Shown here piece after piece: positions 37,726 through 47,765 of a DNA stretch of 64,000 nucleotides; within the stretch, counting starts at the first letter, position 1, and each line of letters opens with the position of its first letter. The stretch covers positions 22,637 to 86,636 of the forward strand of contig PCCY01000007.1 in assembly GCA_002731875.1 (NCBI GenBank), in the 5' to 3' direction. The position numbers and the translations under genes are program-made. Below the pieces are notes generated by a model that made no database searches, was not told the origin of the DNA, and saw only the letters and a list, made by a program, of their open reading frames with translations. The DNA is from Roseobacter sp. (lineage in GTDB: Bacteria; Pseudomonadota; Alphaproteobacteria; Rhodobacterales; Rhodobacteraceae).

Positions 37726-39416
37726 TGACTGATCGCCTTCTATCCGGCAAACGCATTCTGCTTTTGGGAAGCAACGAACGCGCCGCGCTATCAGTCTGCC
37801 GGTCGCTCGGCCGGCAGGGTGCCATTGTCGAGATCGTCGCCTTTGATCCGGTACGTCAGCCTGCGGAAATGTCCCGGTATTGTCGCAGACGGTTCTATTT
37901 CGGGTCACCGGTTACCGACGCGATCAAGGTGCTCGACCGTTTGACCGCTCATCTCGCGGAAAACGACTATGACGCGATTTTTCCGATTACCGATATGGCC
38001 TGCGAACTGGTTTATGCGGGGGATGCAACGATAGCATCGCGTTTTGTGATCGTCGGCCCCGATCCCAAAGCCTATCACAAGGCGGTGGACAAGTCTGAAG
38101 CACTGAAGTTGGCGCGCCGGGTCGGGTTGCACGTACCTGATGGCGTCCTGATGCAATTCGGCGATGACCAGACGCCGGCATTCAAGCTGCTGGAACAAGG
38201 GCCGGTTTACGCCAAGCCGGTGCGCAGTTCTCTGCTGTCGGACGGGTTTGTCAACGCATTTGAGGTCAAGAAATGTACCACGCCCGCGCAGCTTGAACGC
38301 AAGCTGTCCGAAGATTTGCCTCGTCTGCCCGTTCTGGTCCAGCAACCGGTTCCTGGGCACGGGGTCGGCCTGAATTTCCTGGCTGACCGCGGGAGCATGG
38401 TCGCGATCAGCATGAACCGACGCCTTCACGAACCACCCGAGGGAGGCGGCAGTAGTTATCGCTGCAACGTGCCGGTGTCCGAACGCGAATCGCAAATCGC
38501 GCGTGGCATCGCGACCGAACTGAATTGGTCGGGGTTGATGATGATCGAACTGAAGCAGGACGCCGACCGACTGACGATTATGGAGATGAACTGTCGTCCT
38601 TGGGGGTCGATAGAAACCGCTATCCGCGCCGGAGTCGATTTTCCCGCTCTGGCGGTTGCCCAAGCCCTGGGTCTGTCGCTGCCAACGGCATTGGTCCGCA
38701 GCGACCGCCCCGTACGTGTGCGCAACCTGAAGAACGATCTACGTTGGGTGGTTGGGCAACGCCGGCGGTGGCTTTCGCGCGGCTCTCCGTTGCTCGACTG
38801 GCTTTCCGCCCCGCCGCGCGCGTTGCTAAAGCAAGAGCATATGGACATCGAGCAGAGCGATGACATTCTGCCTGCCCTGGGTCAATTCAATCCGGTGTTG
38901 GCCCGGCTGGGGCGTCGTGGCCGGTTGGCGCTGCGCATGAAAACCGCTGGTCTGGGTCACCGCCACCGGTTTCGGCGCCTGGACCCACAAGAGCCGCTGT
39001 TGTTTGTGTGCCAAGGAAACATCAATCGCAGTGCCGTCGCCGAAATCCTGTTTCGGGATGCCGGGTTCAGCAAGGTGCGCTCTGCCGGTGTCCTGCCGTT
39101 CCAAGGGCGCGGCATCAGCCCTGCCGCGGCACGTTTTCTGAAACAAAGAGGCAAAGACGGCACGCTGCATCGCTCTACCAATCTGCACACATGCAGGGCT
39201 TTTGTTTCGCAAGGGGCAACTATCGTGGTGTTTGACTATCGCACCAAGGCGGATGTGCTGATGATTAGCCCCGAGCTTGGACCGCAAATCGTGATGTTTG
39301 ACGACCTTGCACATGACCATACCGGCGAACTGCATGACCCCCAAGGTGCGACGGAAGCTGTCTACCAGGAATGTTTCGCGCGTATCGAAGCGGTTTTACA
39401 GGATCAAACCGGCTGA
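37725..39416 (+). CDS. ATP-grasp ligase domain fused to a C-terminal low-molecular-weight protein-tyrosine-phosphatase domain
   Basis: N-terminal KRILLLGSNERAALSVCRSLGRQG, MMIELKQD, IMEMNCRPWGS (ATP-grasp-like). C-terminal LLFVCQGNINRSAVAE (C-X5-R-S P-loop) and LHDPQG (DP). Confidence 0.7.
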   Translation: MTDRLLSGKRILLLGSNERAALSVCRSLGRQGAIVEIVAFDPVRQPAEMSRYCRRRFYFGSPVTDAIKVLDRLTAHLAENDYDAIFPITDMACELVYAGDATIASRFVIVGPDPKAYHKAVDKSEALKLARRVGLHVPDGVLMQFGDDQTPAFKLLEQGPVYAKPVRSSLLSDGFVNAFEVKKCTTPAQLERKLSEDLPRLPVLVQQPVPGHGVGLNFLADRGSMVAISMNRRLHEPPEGGGSSYRCNVPVSERESQIARGIATELNWSGLMMIELKQDADRLTIMEMNCRPWGSIETAIRAGVDFPALAVAQALGLSLPTALVRSDRPVRVRNLKNDLRWVVGQRRRWLSRGSPLLDWLSAPPRALLKQEHMDIEQSDDILPALGQFNPVLARLGRRGRLALRMKTAGLGHRHRFRRLDPQEPLLFVCQGNINRSAVAEILFRDAGFSKVRSAGVLPFQGRGISPAAARFLKQRGKDGTLHRSTNLHTCRAFVSQGATIVVFDYRTKADVLMISPELGPQIVMFDDLAHDHTGELHDPQGATEAVYQECFARIEAVLQDQTG

Positions 39417-39429
39417 AAGGACACTGTTG

Positions 39430-40161
39430 ATGGCACGTTTCGTGATCAGGCTGGATGATATCTGCCCGACGATGGACCATGAAAAATTCGCCCGCGCACG
39501 GGCGAGTTTCGAAGCAGCAGGCGTTCGTCCGCTGATCGGCGTCGTCCCCGACAATCGCGACCCCGATCTGGTGATCGACACGCCCGATCCAGACTTTTGG
39601 AAGATGGTCAGGGCGCTTGACGCGGCGGGATGGGGTATTTCGCAGCACGGTTACCAGCACCGGATCCATACCGGCGACCGGGGTCTATTGGGCATTTCGC
39701 CGCGCAGCGAATTTGCGGGGCGGCCGTTTGAAGTTCAACGTGACGACCTGGAGCAGGGCAAAAAAATAATGGCCGACCAGGGCATCGTCGCAGAGATCTT
39801 CATGGCACCGTTCCACAGCTATGACAGGGCGACGCTCGCGGCATTGAAATCATTGGGGTTTACCACTGTGACCGATGGCTATGGTCTATATCCCTGGCGC
39901 GACGGCGGTCTCACGTTCGTGCCGCAACTGTTTGAATCCTCTGCCAATATCGGTGCAGGGGTCTATACGATGTGTCTACACACAAATAACATGACGACAG
40001 AGGAGATTGACGGCCTGGGCCGCTTCGTGAAGTCCAATGCCGCACGTATCATCGGTTTCGATCAGGCCAGTGACCGCGTTTGGCCCGCCGCTCTTAATTG
40101 GCCGCTTGGCAAGTCGCTCAAACTGGCCCTAACAGCCAAACGGAAGCTAAGGCCCAATTAG
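39430..40161 (+). CDS. DUF2334 (deacetylase-like) protein
   Basis: MARFVIRLDDICPTMD... and GISQHGYQH pattern. 243 aa. Confidence 0.6.
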   Translation: MARFVIRLDDICPTMDHEKFARARASFEAAGVRPLIGVVPDNRDPDLVIDTPDPDFWKMVRALDAAGWGISQHGYQHRIHTGDRGLLGISPRSEFAGRPFEVQRDDLEQGKKIMADQGIVAEIFMAPFHSYDRATLAALKSLGFTTVTDGYGLYPWRDGGLTFVPQLFESSANIGAGVYTMCLHTNNMTTEEIDGLGRFVKSNAARIIGFDQASDRVWPAALNWPLGKSLKLALTAKRKLRPN

Positions 40162-40485
40162 TCATTGCGCCGTAACGCAAGAATGGTCTGATATGTCGTG
40201 CCGATGACGGCAGGCATGCTCGCCCCCGGGCAAAGACTGTTTCGCGGTCAGTCCGGATATGACGAGATCACGATCATGCGCCGGAACTTGCTGGCATCGT
40301 CTTTTCACAAGTTGACCTTCCAAGCGGTGCGGATATTTCAACTGTGAGGTCCCCGACGTTTATCGCTTTAATCGGTGTCTCATTTAACTGTACTCTGCGC
40401 CTAAAGTGGTATTTCCGATATTTTAATGGATCGGGTTGTGCCCGAGCCTAAATGTAATTGCAGCTATATCTGAAAAAGGTCGTCC

Positions 40486-41625
40486 ATGAGTGGGAATAAC
40501 AAAGTGCAGCGCGTGGTCCATGTTCTCTATTCCGGGCTAGGCGGGCATGGGGCTGTCATGTTCGGGATGCTTGAAGCAGGTTTTTATGCCGATGCAGAGC
40601 ACCTGGTCCTGTTGACCGGCGTCGAAGAGCCCTTGCAAGATTACGTCGAACGCCTCGACCAGCGCCAGATAGCGTGGAGCTACGTCCCCAAGCAGCCTGG
40701 CCGGGGATATGTGGCGTTCTACCGGGCCTTACGGCGGGCCATTTTCGAAAGCGCGCCCGATCTCGTTTTCGTCCACGGATTGGCGACGGTCCCTTCGGTT
40801 ATCGTGAACCGCTCGCGCGCGGCGGTGCTGCTGCGCGAAACCGAGCCTTCGCAAGCCAAGTCAATGAAGGACTGGACGTCGCTTGCCTTGGCTCACGCAA
40901 ATGTCGATGCCGTTGTTCACCTGACCGAGGATGCGGCACAAACAGCGGCCAAGAAGCTCCGCCTGCTGCACCGGCCGGACAAGGTCCATATCATCGGCAA
41001 CGGGCTCGATACCGACTTCTTCAGCCCGGCACCTATGGGTGCCGATGCCTTGCTTTCGGGACCGGTAATACGCTTGGGCATGGTGTCGCGACTGCAACCG
41101 AGTAAGGATCATATGACCCTGATCAAGGCCTTTGATCGCCTTCGCGCCGCGCGCCCTTCTGTGGACCTTCGCCTCGAGATTGCCGGAGACGGGAACACAA
41201 GGCCCGGACTGGAAGCAGAGATCGCGCAGCGTGGGTTGCAGGACCACGTTACGCTGCATGGCACGCTTGGCGCTGAGGGGGTGCGCGATTTGCTGCGCAG
41301 CCTCGATATCTATGCGCACGCGAGTCTTGGCGAGACCATGAGCAATTCGATCATGCAGGCCATGGCAGTGGGATTGCCGATCATTGCAGGGGCCGTTCCG
41401 GGCGTCACGAACATGGTCGTGCCGGAGGTCGGAGTGCTTTATCCGTCTAGCGATGAACAGGCGCTCGAAAAGGAAATCGCCGCCTTCCTGGATAACAAAG
41501 AGAGTGTGAGGCATCTGGCGAAGGCCGCGCGTGCGCATGCGCTGCGCCAGTTCGACGCGAGGCAAACGGCCCGCGCGTATGAGGGACTGGGCGAGCAGTT
41601 GTTTCGGGCACGGGCGCGCCGCTGA
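40486..41625 (+). CDS. GT4-family glycosyltransferase
   Basis: GETMSNSIMQAMAVGLPIIAGAVPG C-terminal motif. Preceded by a 320-bp gap (internal promoter region). Confidence 0.8.
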   Translation: MSGNNKVQRVVHVLYSGLGGHGAVMFGMLEAGFYADAEHLVLLTGVEEPLQDYVERLDQRQIAWSYVPKQPGRGYVAFYRALRRAIFESAPDLVFVHGLATVPSVIVNRSRAAVLLRETEPSQAKSMKDWTSLALAHANVDAVVHLTEDAAQTAAKKLRLLHRPDKVHIIGNGLDTDFFSPAPMGADALLSGPVIRLGMVSRLQPSKDHMTLIKAFDRLRAARPSVDLRLEIAGDGNTRPGLEAEIAQRGLQDHVTLHGTLGAEGVRDLLRSLDIYAHASLGETMSNSIMQAMAVGLPIIAGAVPGVTNMVVPEVGVLYPSSDEQALEKEIAAFLDNKESVRHLAKAARAHALRQFDARQTARAYEGLGEQLFRARARR

Positions 41626-42725
41626 TGCACGAGGTCCTGCACCTCATCCCCTATGACACGGTCGGGGGTGTCGAAACCGCCGCGCGGTCTGTTCCGGCCA
41701 ACTGGGAGGGCGGGGCAGGGGCTGTGCGCTTTCGCCGTGCGTATCTGGTGACGCATTCCGCAGTCGAAGTATTCCCGGACGATTGGCATGGGCCCGCGAC
41801 ATCCGTTAACCACCCTGTCGCACATTGGAAACTGTTGCGATTTGCACTGCAAAGCCGTGCGGATCTGGTCGTCGCATCACTTTGGCGCAGTTGTCCAACA
41901 TTTATCGCGCTCAAGGTGATGCGTCCACGGACGAAGACTGTATTGTTCCTGCATTCGGCAGTAGATGTTCACCTGCTCGACAAGCTGTTCAACCGCGCAG
42001 CAATGATGTTGGCCGATGAGATCTGGGCGGATTCAGCCTCAACCGTTGAGGCGCGTGTTCCCGCCGCGGCGCGCAAGCGGGCCCGGGTGCTTTCCTTCCT
42101 GACACAGCGTCCGCCGGCCCTGCTGGACGTGCCACCAGGTGGTCAGTCACGCGCCGTTACACCAAATTTTGTCTATTGGGGCCGCCTGCAATCTGAAAAG
42201 AATTTGGAACACGCGCTGGCCGTATTTGCGTCTGTTCACGCACTGCTGCCAGATGCCAAGTTCGACATTATCGGTCCGGATCGCGGGGCGCTTGCCCAAC
42301 TTCGGGCACGGGTTGCCGAACTGGGGCTTGATCACGCCGTAAACTTTATTGGTGCGCTGCCGCAAGAGGCACTGATGGCGCGCGCAGACAATTACAGCTT
42401 TTACTTGCAGACAAGTCTTTTTGAAGGGATGGCCATGTCGGTCATAGAAGCGATGGGTATGGGACTGGTTCCGGTCGTGACGCCGGTGGGTGAAATTCCG
42501 TCTTATTGTCAGGATGGCCACACCGGTATTCATGTCACCACCCCCGAGGAAACCGCGCAGCGGGTCGCCGCACTGGTTGCTGCGCCTGGATCCTGGCTTG
42601 CGCTTTCGCGACGTGCCGCCGAAAGATGGGCGCAGGCCAGTCTGTTCCAAGACGATTATCGTGGCGCTTGCAACAATCTTCTGTCGCAGAAGCAATCTAG
42701 GAGAAGCCCTTCATGTGTGGACTAA
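41625..42725 (+). CDS. GT4-family glycosyltransferase
   Basis: FEGMAMSVIEAMGMGLVPVVTPVGE motif. ATG shares one base with the upstream stop. Confidence 0.75.
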   Translation: MHEVLHLIPYDTVGGVETAARSVPANWEGGAGAVRFRRAYLVTHSAVEVFPDDWHGPATSVNHPVAHWKLLRFALQSRADLVVASLWRSCPTFIALKVMRPRTKTVLFLHSAVDVHLLDKLFNRAAMMLADEIWADSASTVEARVPAAARKRARVLSFLTQRPPALLDVPPGGQSRAVTPNFVYWGRLQSEKNLEHALAVFASVHALLPDAKFDIIGPDRGALAQLRARVAELGLDHAVNFIGALPQEALMARADNYSFYLQTSLFEGMAMSVIEAMGMGLVPVVTPVGEIPSYCQDGHTGIHVTTPEETAQRVAALVAAPGSWLALSRRAAERWAQASLFQDDYRGACNNLLSQKQSRRSPSCVD

Positions 42726-44683
42726 CGGGTTTTGTTACCTTCCAGCCATTCGCCGATGCTGGACAGGCGCGTCACAAGGTGCAAGCCATGACCCGGTCAA
42801 TCAAGCATCGGGGGCCAGACGCCGAAGGCCACTGGCTGGATGATACGCAAGGAGTGGCGCTTGGGCATCGGCGCCTTTCGATTCTGGATCTGAGTCCATC
42901 GGGGGCCCAGCCTATGCACTCGCGCTGTGGCCGGTATGTTTTCGCATTCAATGGCGAAATCTACAACCATCAAGCGCTGCGAGTCGATCTGATGAACGAC
43001 GTACCGGACATGGCGTGGAATGGTTCTTCTGACACTGAAACCCTGCTTGCCGCCATTGTCGAATGGGGTCTTGAACGCGCGCTCGAGAAATCATTCGGGA
43101 TGTTCGCCTTCGCGCTTTGGGACCGTCAGGAGAATTTGCTGTCACTGGCGCGTGACAGGATGGGAGAGAAGCCACTTTATTTTTCGCAGCAAGACGGCGG
43201 CTGGATATTCGGGTCTGAGCTGCGCACGTTGCTGGCGGGCGGGCTGACGGCACCCATCAACCAACGGGCGGTCGCGTCATACCTCAAGGTTGGCTACGTT
43301 CCCGATCATCTTTGCATTCTGGATGGTGTCCGCAAGGTAATGCCCGGCAGCATCGTCCATCTTCGTGCAGATGCAGAACCGAAACAGCTGTGTTATGCAT
43401 CGATCGAAGCGCAATTCGCGCAACCCCGCGAGATCCATGATCGTGACGAGGCTGTGAGAAGACTGGAAAGAGTCCTCGAAGAGGTGGTGAGCGATCAGAT
43501 GATCAGCGACGTACCGCTGGGGTGTTTCCTGTCAGGCGGAGTGGATTCGTCATTGGTGGCTAGTCTGATGCAGGCAGGGTCTGTCCGTAAGATCCAGACT
43601 TTTTCCATCGGTTTCGACGACGCCCGGTTCAACGAGGCACCGCACGCAGCTGCGGTGGCCGCACATTTGGGTACGGACCACACCGAATTCACCCTCAAAG
43701 AGGACGATGCCCTGGCCATCGTCGCGGATCTTCCATCTATATATGATGAACCTTTTGCTGACAGTTCCCAGATACCGACGACACTGCTTTGCCGTTCGGC
43801 ACGCAAACATGTCACTGTCGCCTTGACGGGCGACGGCGGGGATGAGGTTTTCGGTGGCTACAATCGTCACATTCGCGGACCCAAGCTATGGGGACAAATC
43901 AGCAATTTGCCTTGGGCCTTGCGCCACGCCGGGGCTGGTGCCGTGCATGGTGTCGTACAGTGGGGTATGCGAAACGAGAAGATGTCCCGGTATGCGCTAT
44001 CCACTCTGCGGCTGCCGCTGACGACCTTTGAAAAACTGCCGAAACTGGCTGCTGCCCTGCGGTCATCAGGAAATCCAGAGGATTTCTACCAGACTTTCGT
44101 CTCAACAGGACATGGCTTGGAAAACATGCTGGAGAACCCCGGGCTGGCAGATCACTCTGACCCTCGGGCACTTGACGCGGCGGGAATGGACATGGCCGAA
44201 TGGATCATGGCGCGGGACACGTCCGGCTATCTGCCCGGCGACATCCTGGTTAAGGTTGACCGCGCCGCGATGAGCGTCGGTCTGGAAACCCGCGCACCGC
44301 TTCTGGACGCGCGCGTTGCCACTCTGGCGAGAAAAATCCCCATCGGGCTTCATGTGGATGGGCGCGAAGGCAAGAAACTTCTTCGGTCGCTGGTTTACCG
44401 CCATGTTCCGCAGTCGTTGATAGAGCGACCGAAGCAGGGGTTTGCGATACCACTGGACGACTGGTTGAGGGGTGCGTTGCAGGAATGGGGTTCGGCGCTG
44501 ATTACAGATGCTGACCTGACCGAAGCCTTGGGCCTGAACGCGGACCTTATCGGTGAATTGTGGGCTAAGCACCAGGCACGGCGCGTCAATGCCGGGAACG
44601 AACTTTGGACCATTTTGATGCTGTTGTTATGGGCCAGAGAGTTCAGAATGGGCGGCACCGCGCAGAGCGCTCAAATCAACTGA
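42713..44683 (+). CDS. glutamine-hydrolysing asparagine-synthase-type amidotransferase (exosortase-locus type)
   Basis: N-terminal MCGLTGF (Ntn Cys), PP-loop FLSGGVDSSLV. RBS AGGAGA. Lies immediately upstream of the exosortase gene. Confidence 0.9.
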   Translation: MCGLTGFVTFQPFADAGQARHKVQAMTRSIKHRGPDAEGHWLDDTQGVALGHRRLSILDLSPSGAQPMHSRCGRYVFAFNGEIYNHQALRVDLMNDVPDMAWNGSSDTETLLAAIVEWGLERALEKSFGMFAFALWDRQENLLSLARDRMGEKPLYFSQQDGGWIFGSELRTLLAGGLTAPINQRAVASYLKVGYVPDHLCILDGVRKVMPGSIVHLRADAEPKQLCYASIEAQFAQPREIHDRDEAVRRLERVLEEVVSDQMISDVPLGCFLSGGVDSSLVASLMQAGSVRKIQTFSIGFDDARFNEAPHAAAVAAHLGTDHTEFTLKEDDALAIVADLPSIYDEPFADSSQIPTTLLCRSARKHVTVALTGDGGDEVFGGYNRHIRGPKLWGQISNLPWALRHAGAGAVHGVVQWGMRNEKMSRYALSTLRLPLTTFEKLPKLAAALRSSGNPEDFYQTFVSTGHGLENMLENPGLADHSDPRALDAAGMDMAEWIMARDTSGYLPGDILVKVDRAAMSVGLETRAPLLDARVATLARKIPIGLHVDGREGKKLLRSLVYRHVPQSLIERPKQGFAIPLDDWLRGALQEWGSALITDADLTEALGLNADLIGELWAKHQARRVNAGNELWTILMLLLWAREFRMGGTAQSAQIN

Positions 44684-44891
44684 TGCTCGACCCTTTTCGC
44701 TGACCTCAAAGCACGGGCCCGGCGACAGATCTCCGCCTGGGCGTACGGCAGGCTATCCCGATATTCGTAGTTTTGATCCGCCAACCACTGTCGACAATGT
44801 GACTCTGACAAAAAGGGGTTTGCTTAAAGCCAAGGGAAATGTCATATTCCAAAGATATTTCCAGTAATATTATAACTTAGAAATTTGCTGC

Positions 44892-46505
44892 ATGACAATC
44901 ATTTCCGATCAAAGTTATCATAACAAGACCTCTGCCGGGTGGTTACATTGGGGGCTTTTCTGGCTGGCCGTGACCATAGTTGCGGCCGGAGTGTTCTTTA
45001 GCGCCGGCTTTGATGTATTGCTCGATGCATGGAGCAGACCGGAATACAGTCATGGCCCGCTCATTCCGATACTTTCGGGGCTGATGTTCCTGCGTGAACT
45101 AAAACAATATCCGGCCCAGCCCGGTCCAAAGAGCGATCGTTGGCCAGGTTTGTTCGTTGTTCTAGTGTCTGTCGCAATCGCCGTTACTGGCGTGCTGTTG
45201 AGCGCGGACAGCCTGGTGGCCTATGCTATGATCATCTGGATCGGCGGGATATTGCTGCTTAGTTTTGGCTGGCAGACCGGCAAACATTTTTGGCCTCCGG
45301 TGCTTCATCTGGTCTTTATGCTGCCTCTGCCCGGCATGGTATATTACGAGGTTTCTACCTTTCTTCAGCTCGTCTCCTCCGAGCTTGGGGTGTGGTTTTT
45401 AAGGATTGCAGGGGTACCCGTCTTTCTTGATGGCAACATCATCGACCTCGGAGTGTTGAAGCTGCATGTCGCCGAGGCCTGTTCGGGACTTCGGTACTTG
45501 TTTCCGATCCTCAGCTTCTCTTATGTGTTCGCCTTCCTGTATCAAGGGCCGAAATGGCACAAGGCGCTACTGCTTTTGGCTGCCGCGCCTATCGCAGTGT
45601 TTATGAACTCGGTGCGAATCGCTTTGGCAGGGATCCTGATGCAGCGTTTCGGGGCTGAATGGCTTGAAGGGTTTACCCATTTCTTCGAGGGCTGGGTGAT
45701 ATTCATGGCGAGCGTGTTGATCCTGTTCCTGCTTGCGTGGATTTTGCTGAAACTGAACCCACGCAAGATGGGTTTGACCGAAGCGCTTGATCTCGACACT
45801 CAAAATATCCTGCCGCAAATGTCGCGGGTAAAGCTTGTGCAACCTTCCGCTGCGCTGATCATTGCGGCCGGTCTGATGGTGTTTGCGGCAAGCGCCTGGC
45901 CGCTGGTGCCCGAGCGTACGCATGTCGCACCAGAGCGATTTAGCTTTGCGCTGTTCCCCAAAGAGGTTGGTGCATGGACTCAGTACGGTGACGAACGCCG
46001 GCTGTCACCGGACATCGAAAAGAGCTTGGCCGCCGATGACTATCTTGGGGTACAATACAGCCGGTCCATATCCGCGCCGACCCTCGACTTTTTTACGGCG
46101 TGGTACAAGGATCTGTCAGCCGACGGCGTTCAGCATACTCCGGAAATTTGTCTGCCCGGTGCCGGTTGGGAAATCGCAGAAGTACAGAAGGTCGATCTTT
46201 CCGGCAAGCTGGGACTGGAGACTCCATTCAATGTAAATCGGGTGATCATTCAGAAAGAAGAAGACCGAATGATCGTTTATTACTGGTTTACCCACATGGG
46301 GCGGACGATTCCCAGAAACACCGCCGCCAAATTCAGTGTGCTGACCAGAGGCTTGGTGGCCGGGCGCACAGACGGGGCCATCCTCAGACTGATCAGCCCC
46401 ATCGACAAGGATGAACCGGATGGCGAGGCAAAAGCCGAGGCTGAAATGAACGCTTTGCTGAAAGAGCTTCTTGGCCGACTACCTAGCTTCATACCTGGAG
46501 CTTGA
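44892..46505 (+). CDS. xrtD: exosortase fused to an EpsI-family domain (probably the VPLPA-CTERM-specific XrtD type)
   Basis: Polytopic N-terminal half with HVAEACSGLRYLFP (Cys), FMNSVRIALAG (Arg), THFFEGW (His). C-terminal HTPEICLPGAGW EpsI hallmark. The subtype is inferred from the VPLPA-CTERM substrate at 57149. Confidence 0.8.
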   Translation: MTIISDQSYHNKTSAGWLHWGLFWLAVTIVAAGVFFSAGFDVLLDAWSRPEYSHGPLIPILSGLMFLRELKQYPAQPGPKSDRWPGLFVVLVSVAIAVTGVLLSADSLVAYAMIIWIGGILLLSFGWQTGKHFWPPVLHLVFMLPLPGMVYYEVSTFLQLVSSELGVWFLRIAGVPVFLDGNIIDLGVLKLHVAEACSGLRYLFPILSFSYVFAFLYQGPKWHKALLLLAAAPIAVFMNSVRIALAGILMQRFGAEWLEGFTHFFEGWVIFMASVLILFLLAWILLKLNPRKMGLTEALDLDTQNILPQMSRVKLVQPSAALIIAAGLMVFAASAWPLVPERTHVAPERFSFALFPKEVGAWTQYGDERRLSPDIEKSLAADDYLGVQYSRSISAPTLDFFTAWYKDLSADGVQHTPEICLPGAGWEIAEVQKVDLSGKLGLETPFNVNRVIIQKEEDRMIVYYWFTHMGRTIPRNTAAKFSVLTRGLVAGRTDGAILRLISPIDKDEPDGEAKAEAEMNALLKELLGRLPSFIPGA

Positions 46506-46883
46506 GTTAACCTGCGCGATGCCATCGCTAAGCTCTTTTGCCGGGGTTACCGTCTGGCCGCAGCTGACCTTATCGTCTGCGGGCAGGAGGATACCTTGGG
46601 CCGATTTAAGACAGCGGGTTCTTCCTTGAGTTCGGGAGATATGCCACGATTAACAGCAAACGGGGCACGGCAGGGGCGCACTGCGAGATCAATGTCGAAT
46701 GACAGCAGGCCACAATTAGAAAGACAACGCTTCCGTATGCCGCACATGCGTAATATGCTGATATATCATAAGGACCGGCCTTGCCCCCGATCAAGCATAG
46801 CTGGCTTTCAATATCAATCAGATGTAGGTAAGCTTATTCTTGCCGATATAAAACGCGCAAAATTATAGTGATCCGAGCATAGC

Positions 46884-47765
46884 ATGTGTAGTTCTCTTTA
46901 TAACGATCATTTTGGTTTTCGCGAGCGACCGTTTTCCTTGGCGCCCGACCCAAAGTTCTTGTACTGGTCCAAGGCGCACACACGCGCCTTGTCAGTTCTC
47001 AACTATGGTCTCGTGACGCGGGCACCGCTCACCGTTGTTTCAGGCGAAGTGGGCACGGGCAAGACTACGCTGGTTCAGGAATTACTGCGCTCCATTGGCG
47101 ATGATGTTACGGTCGGGCTGATTTCTAATGCACGCGGCGACCGGGGGGATCTGCTGCGTTGGGTGTTGAGCGCGCTGGACATACCCGCACCCGAAGGTGT
47201 TGATTACGTGACGTTGTTCCAGAGATTTCAAGATTTTGTGTTGGATGAATACGCCGCCGGGCGACATGTTGCTCTCATTGTGGACGAAGCGCAAAATCTT
47301 GGGGTCGAAACACTGGAAGAATTGCGCATGCTGACCAACATCAACTCTGGAAAGGACGAATTGTTGCAGATCATTCTGGTCGGTCAACCAGAGTTACGCG
47401 ACCTTATTCGGCAACCGTCATTGCGTCAGTTCGCCCAACGGGTGACGGCCTCGTATCACCTAGAGCCGATGGATCTTAATACGACGCTCAAATATATCAT
47501 GCATCGCTTACGGCATGCCGGCGGCACTGGCCAAGAATTCACCATAGAAGCGATCGTCCGCATCTTCGAAGAATCAGAAGGGATCCCGCGAGTTGTCAAC
47601 AAGCTATGCGACTTGGCACTTGTCTATGCTTCTAGCGGAGAAGAGGAAAAAGTCGACGTGACCATCATTGAGGAATTGATCAACGATGGTCTGATCCTGA
47701 AGCCGTTTCGTTCCCCACTCCTGCTGACTAACCAGCTAAAAGATATTGGAAAGGCCGCGGAATGA
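46884..47765 (+). CDS. ExeA-like AAA ATPase of PEP-CTERM/exosortase loci
   Basis: YNDHFGFRERPFSLAPDP N-terminus, Walker A GEVGTGKTT, Walker B LIVDEAQNL. Confidence 0.8.
   Translation: MCSSLYNDHFGFRERPFSLAPDPKFLYWSKAHTRALSVLNYGLVTRAPLTVVSGEVGTGKTTLVQELLRSIGDDVTVGLISNARGDRGDLLRWVLSALDIPAPEGVDYVTLFQRFQDFVLDEYAAGRHVALIVDEAQNLGVETLEELRMLTNINSGKDELLQIILVGQPELRDLIRQPSLRQFAQRVTASYHLEPMDLNTTLKYIMHRLRHAGGTGQEFTIEAIVRIFEESEGIPRVVNKLCDLALVYASSGEEEKVDVTIIEELINDGLILKPFRSPLLLTNQLKDIGKAAE

Noticed and set aside
46663-46678. Sigma-54-like sequences: GGGCACGgcagGGGCG at 46663-46678, TGGCACctttcTGC at 58069-58083, TGGCATcgtcttTTTCA at 40292-40307.
   Set aside because: PEP-CTERM loci are often sigma-54/PrsR dependent, so I looked for these. 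The first lacks the TT of the -12 TTGC. The second has GG-GC spacing one nt too short. The third has TTTC instead of TTGC. None is convincing without a computed scan.
46840-46869. Possible sigma-70 promoter TTGCCG-N18-TATAGT upstream of the ExeA-like ATPase gene.
   Set aside because: The -10 hexamer would sit only 15 nt before the ATG, implying a nearly leaderless mRNA. The spacer is long and the -35 is weak. Only the CTTATTCT motif copy was kept as an observation.
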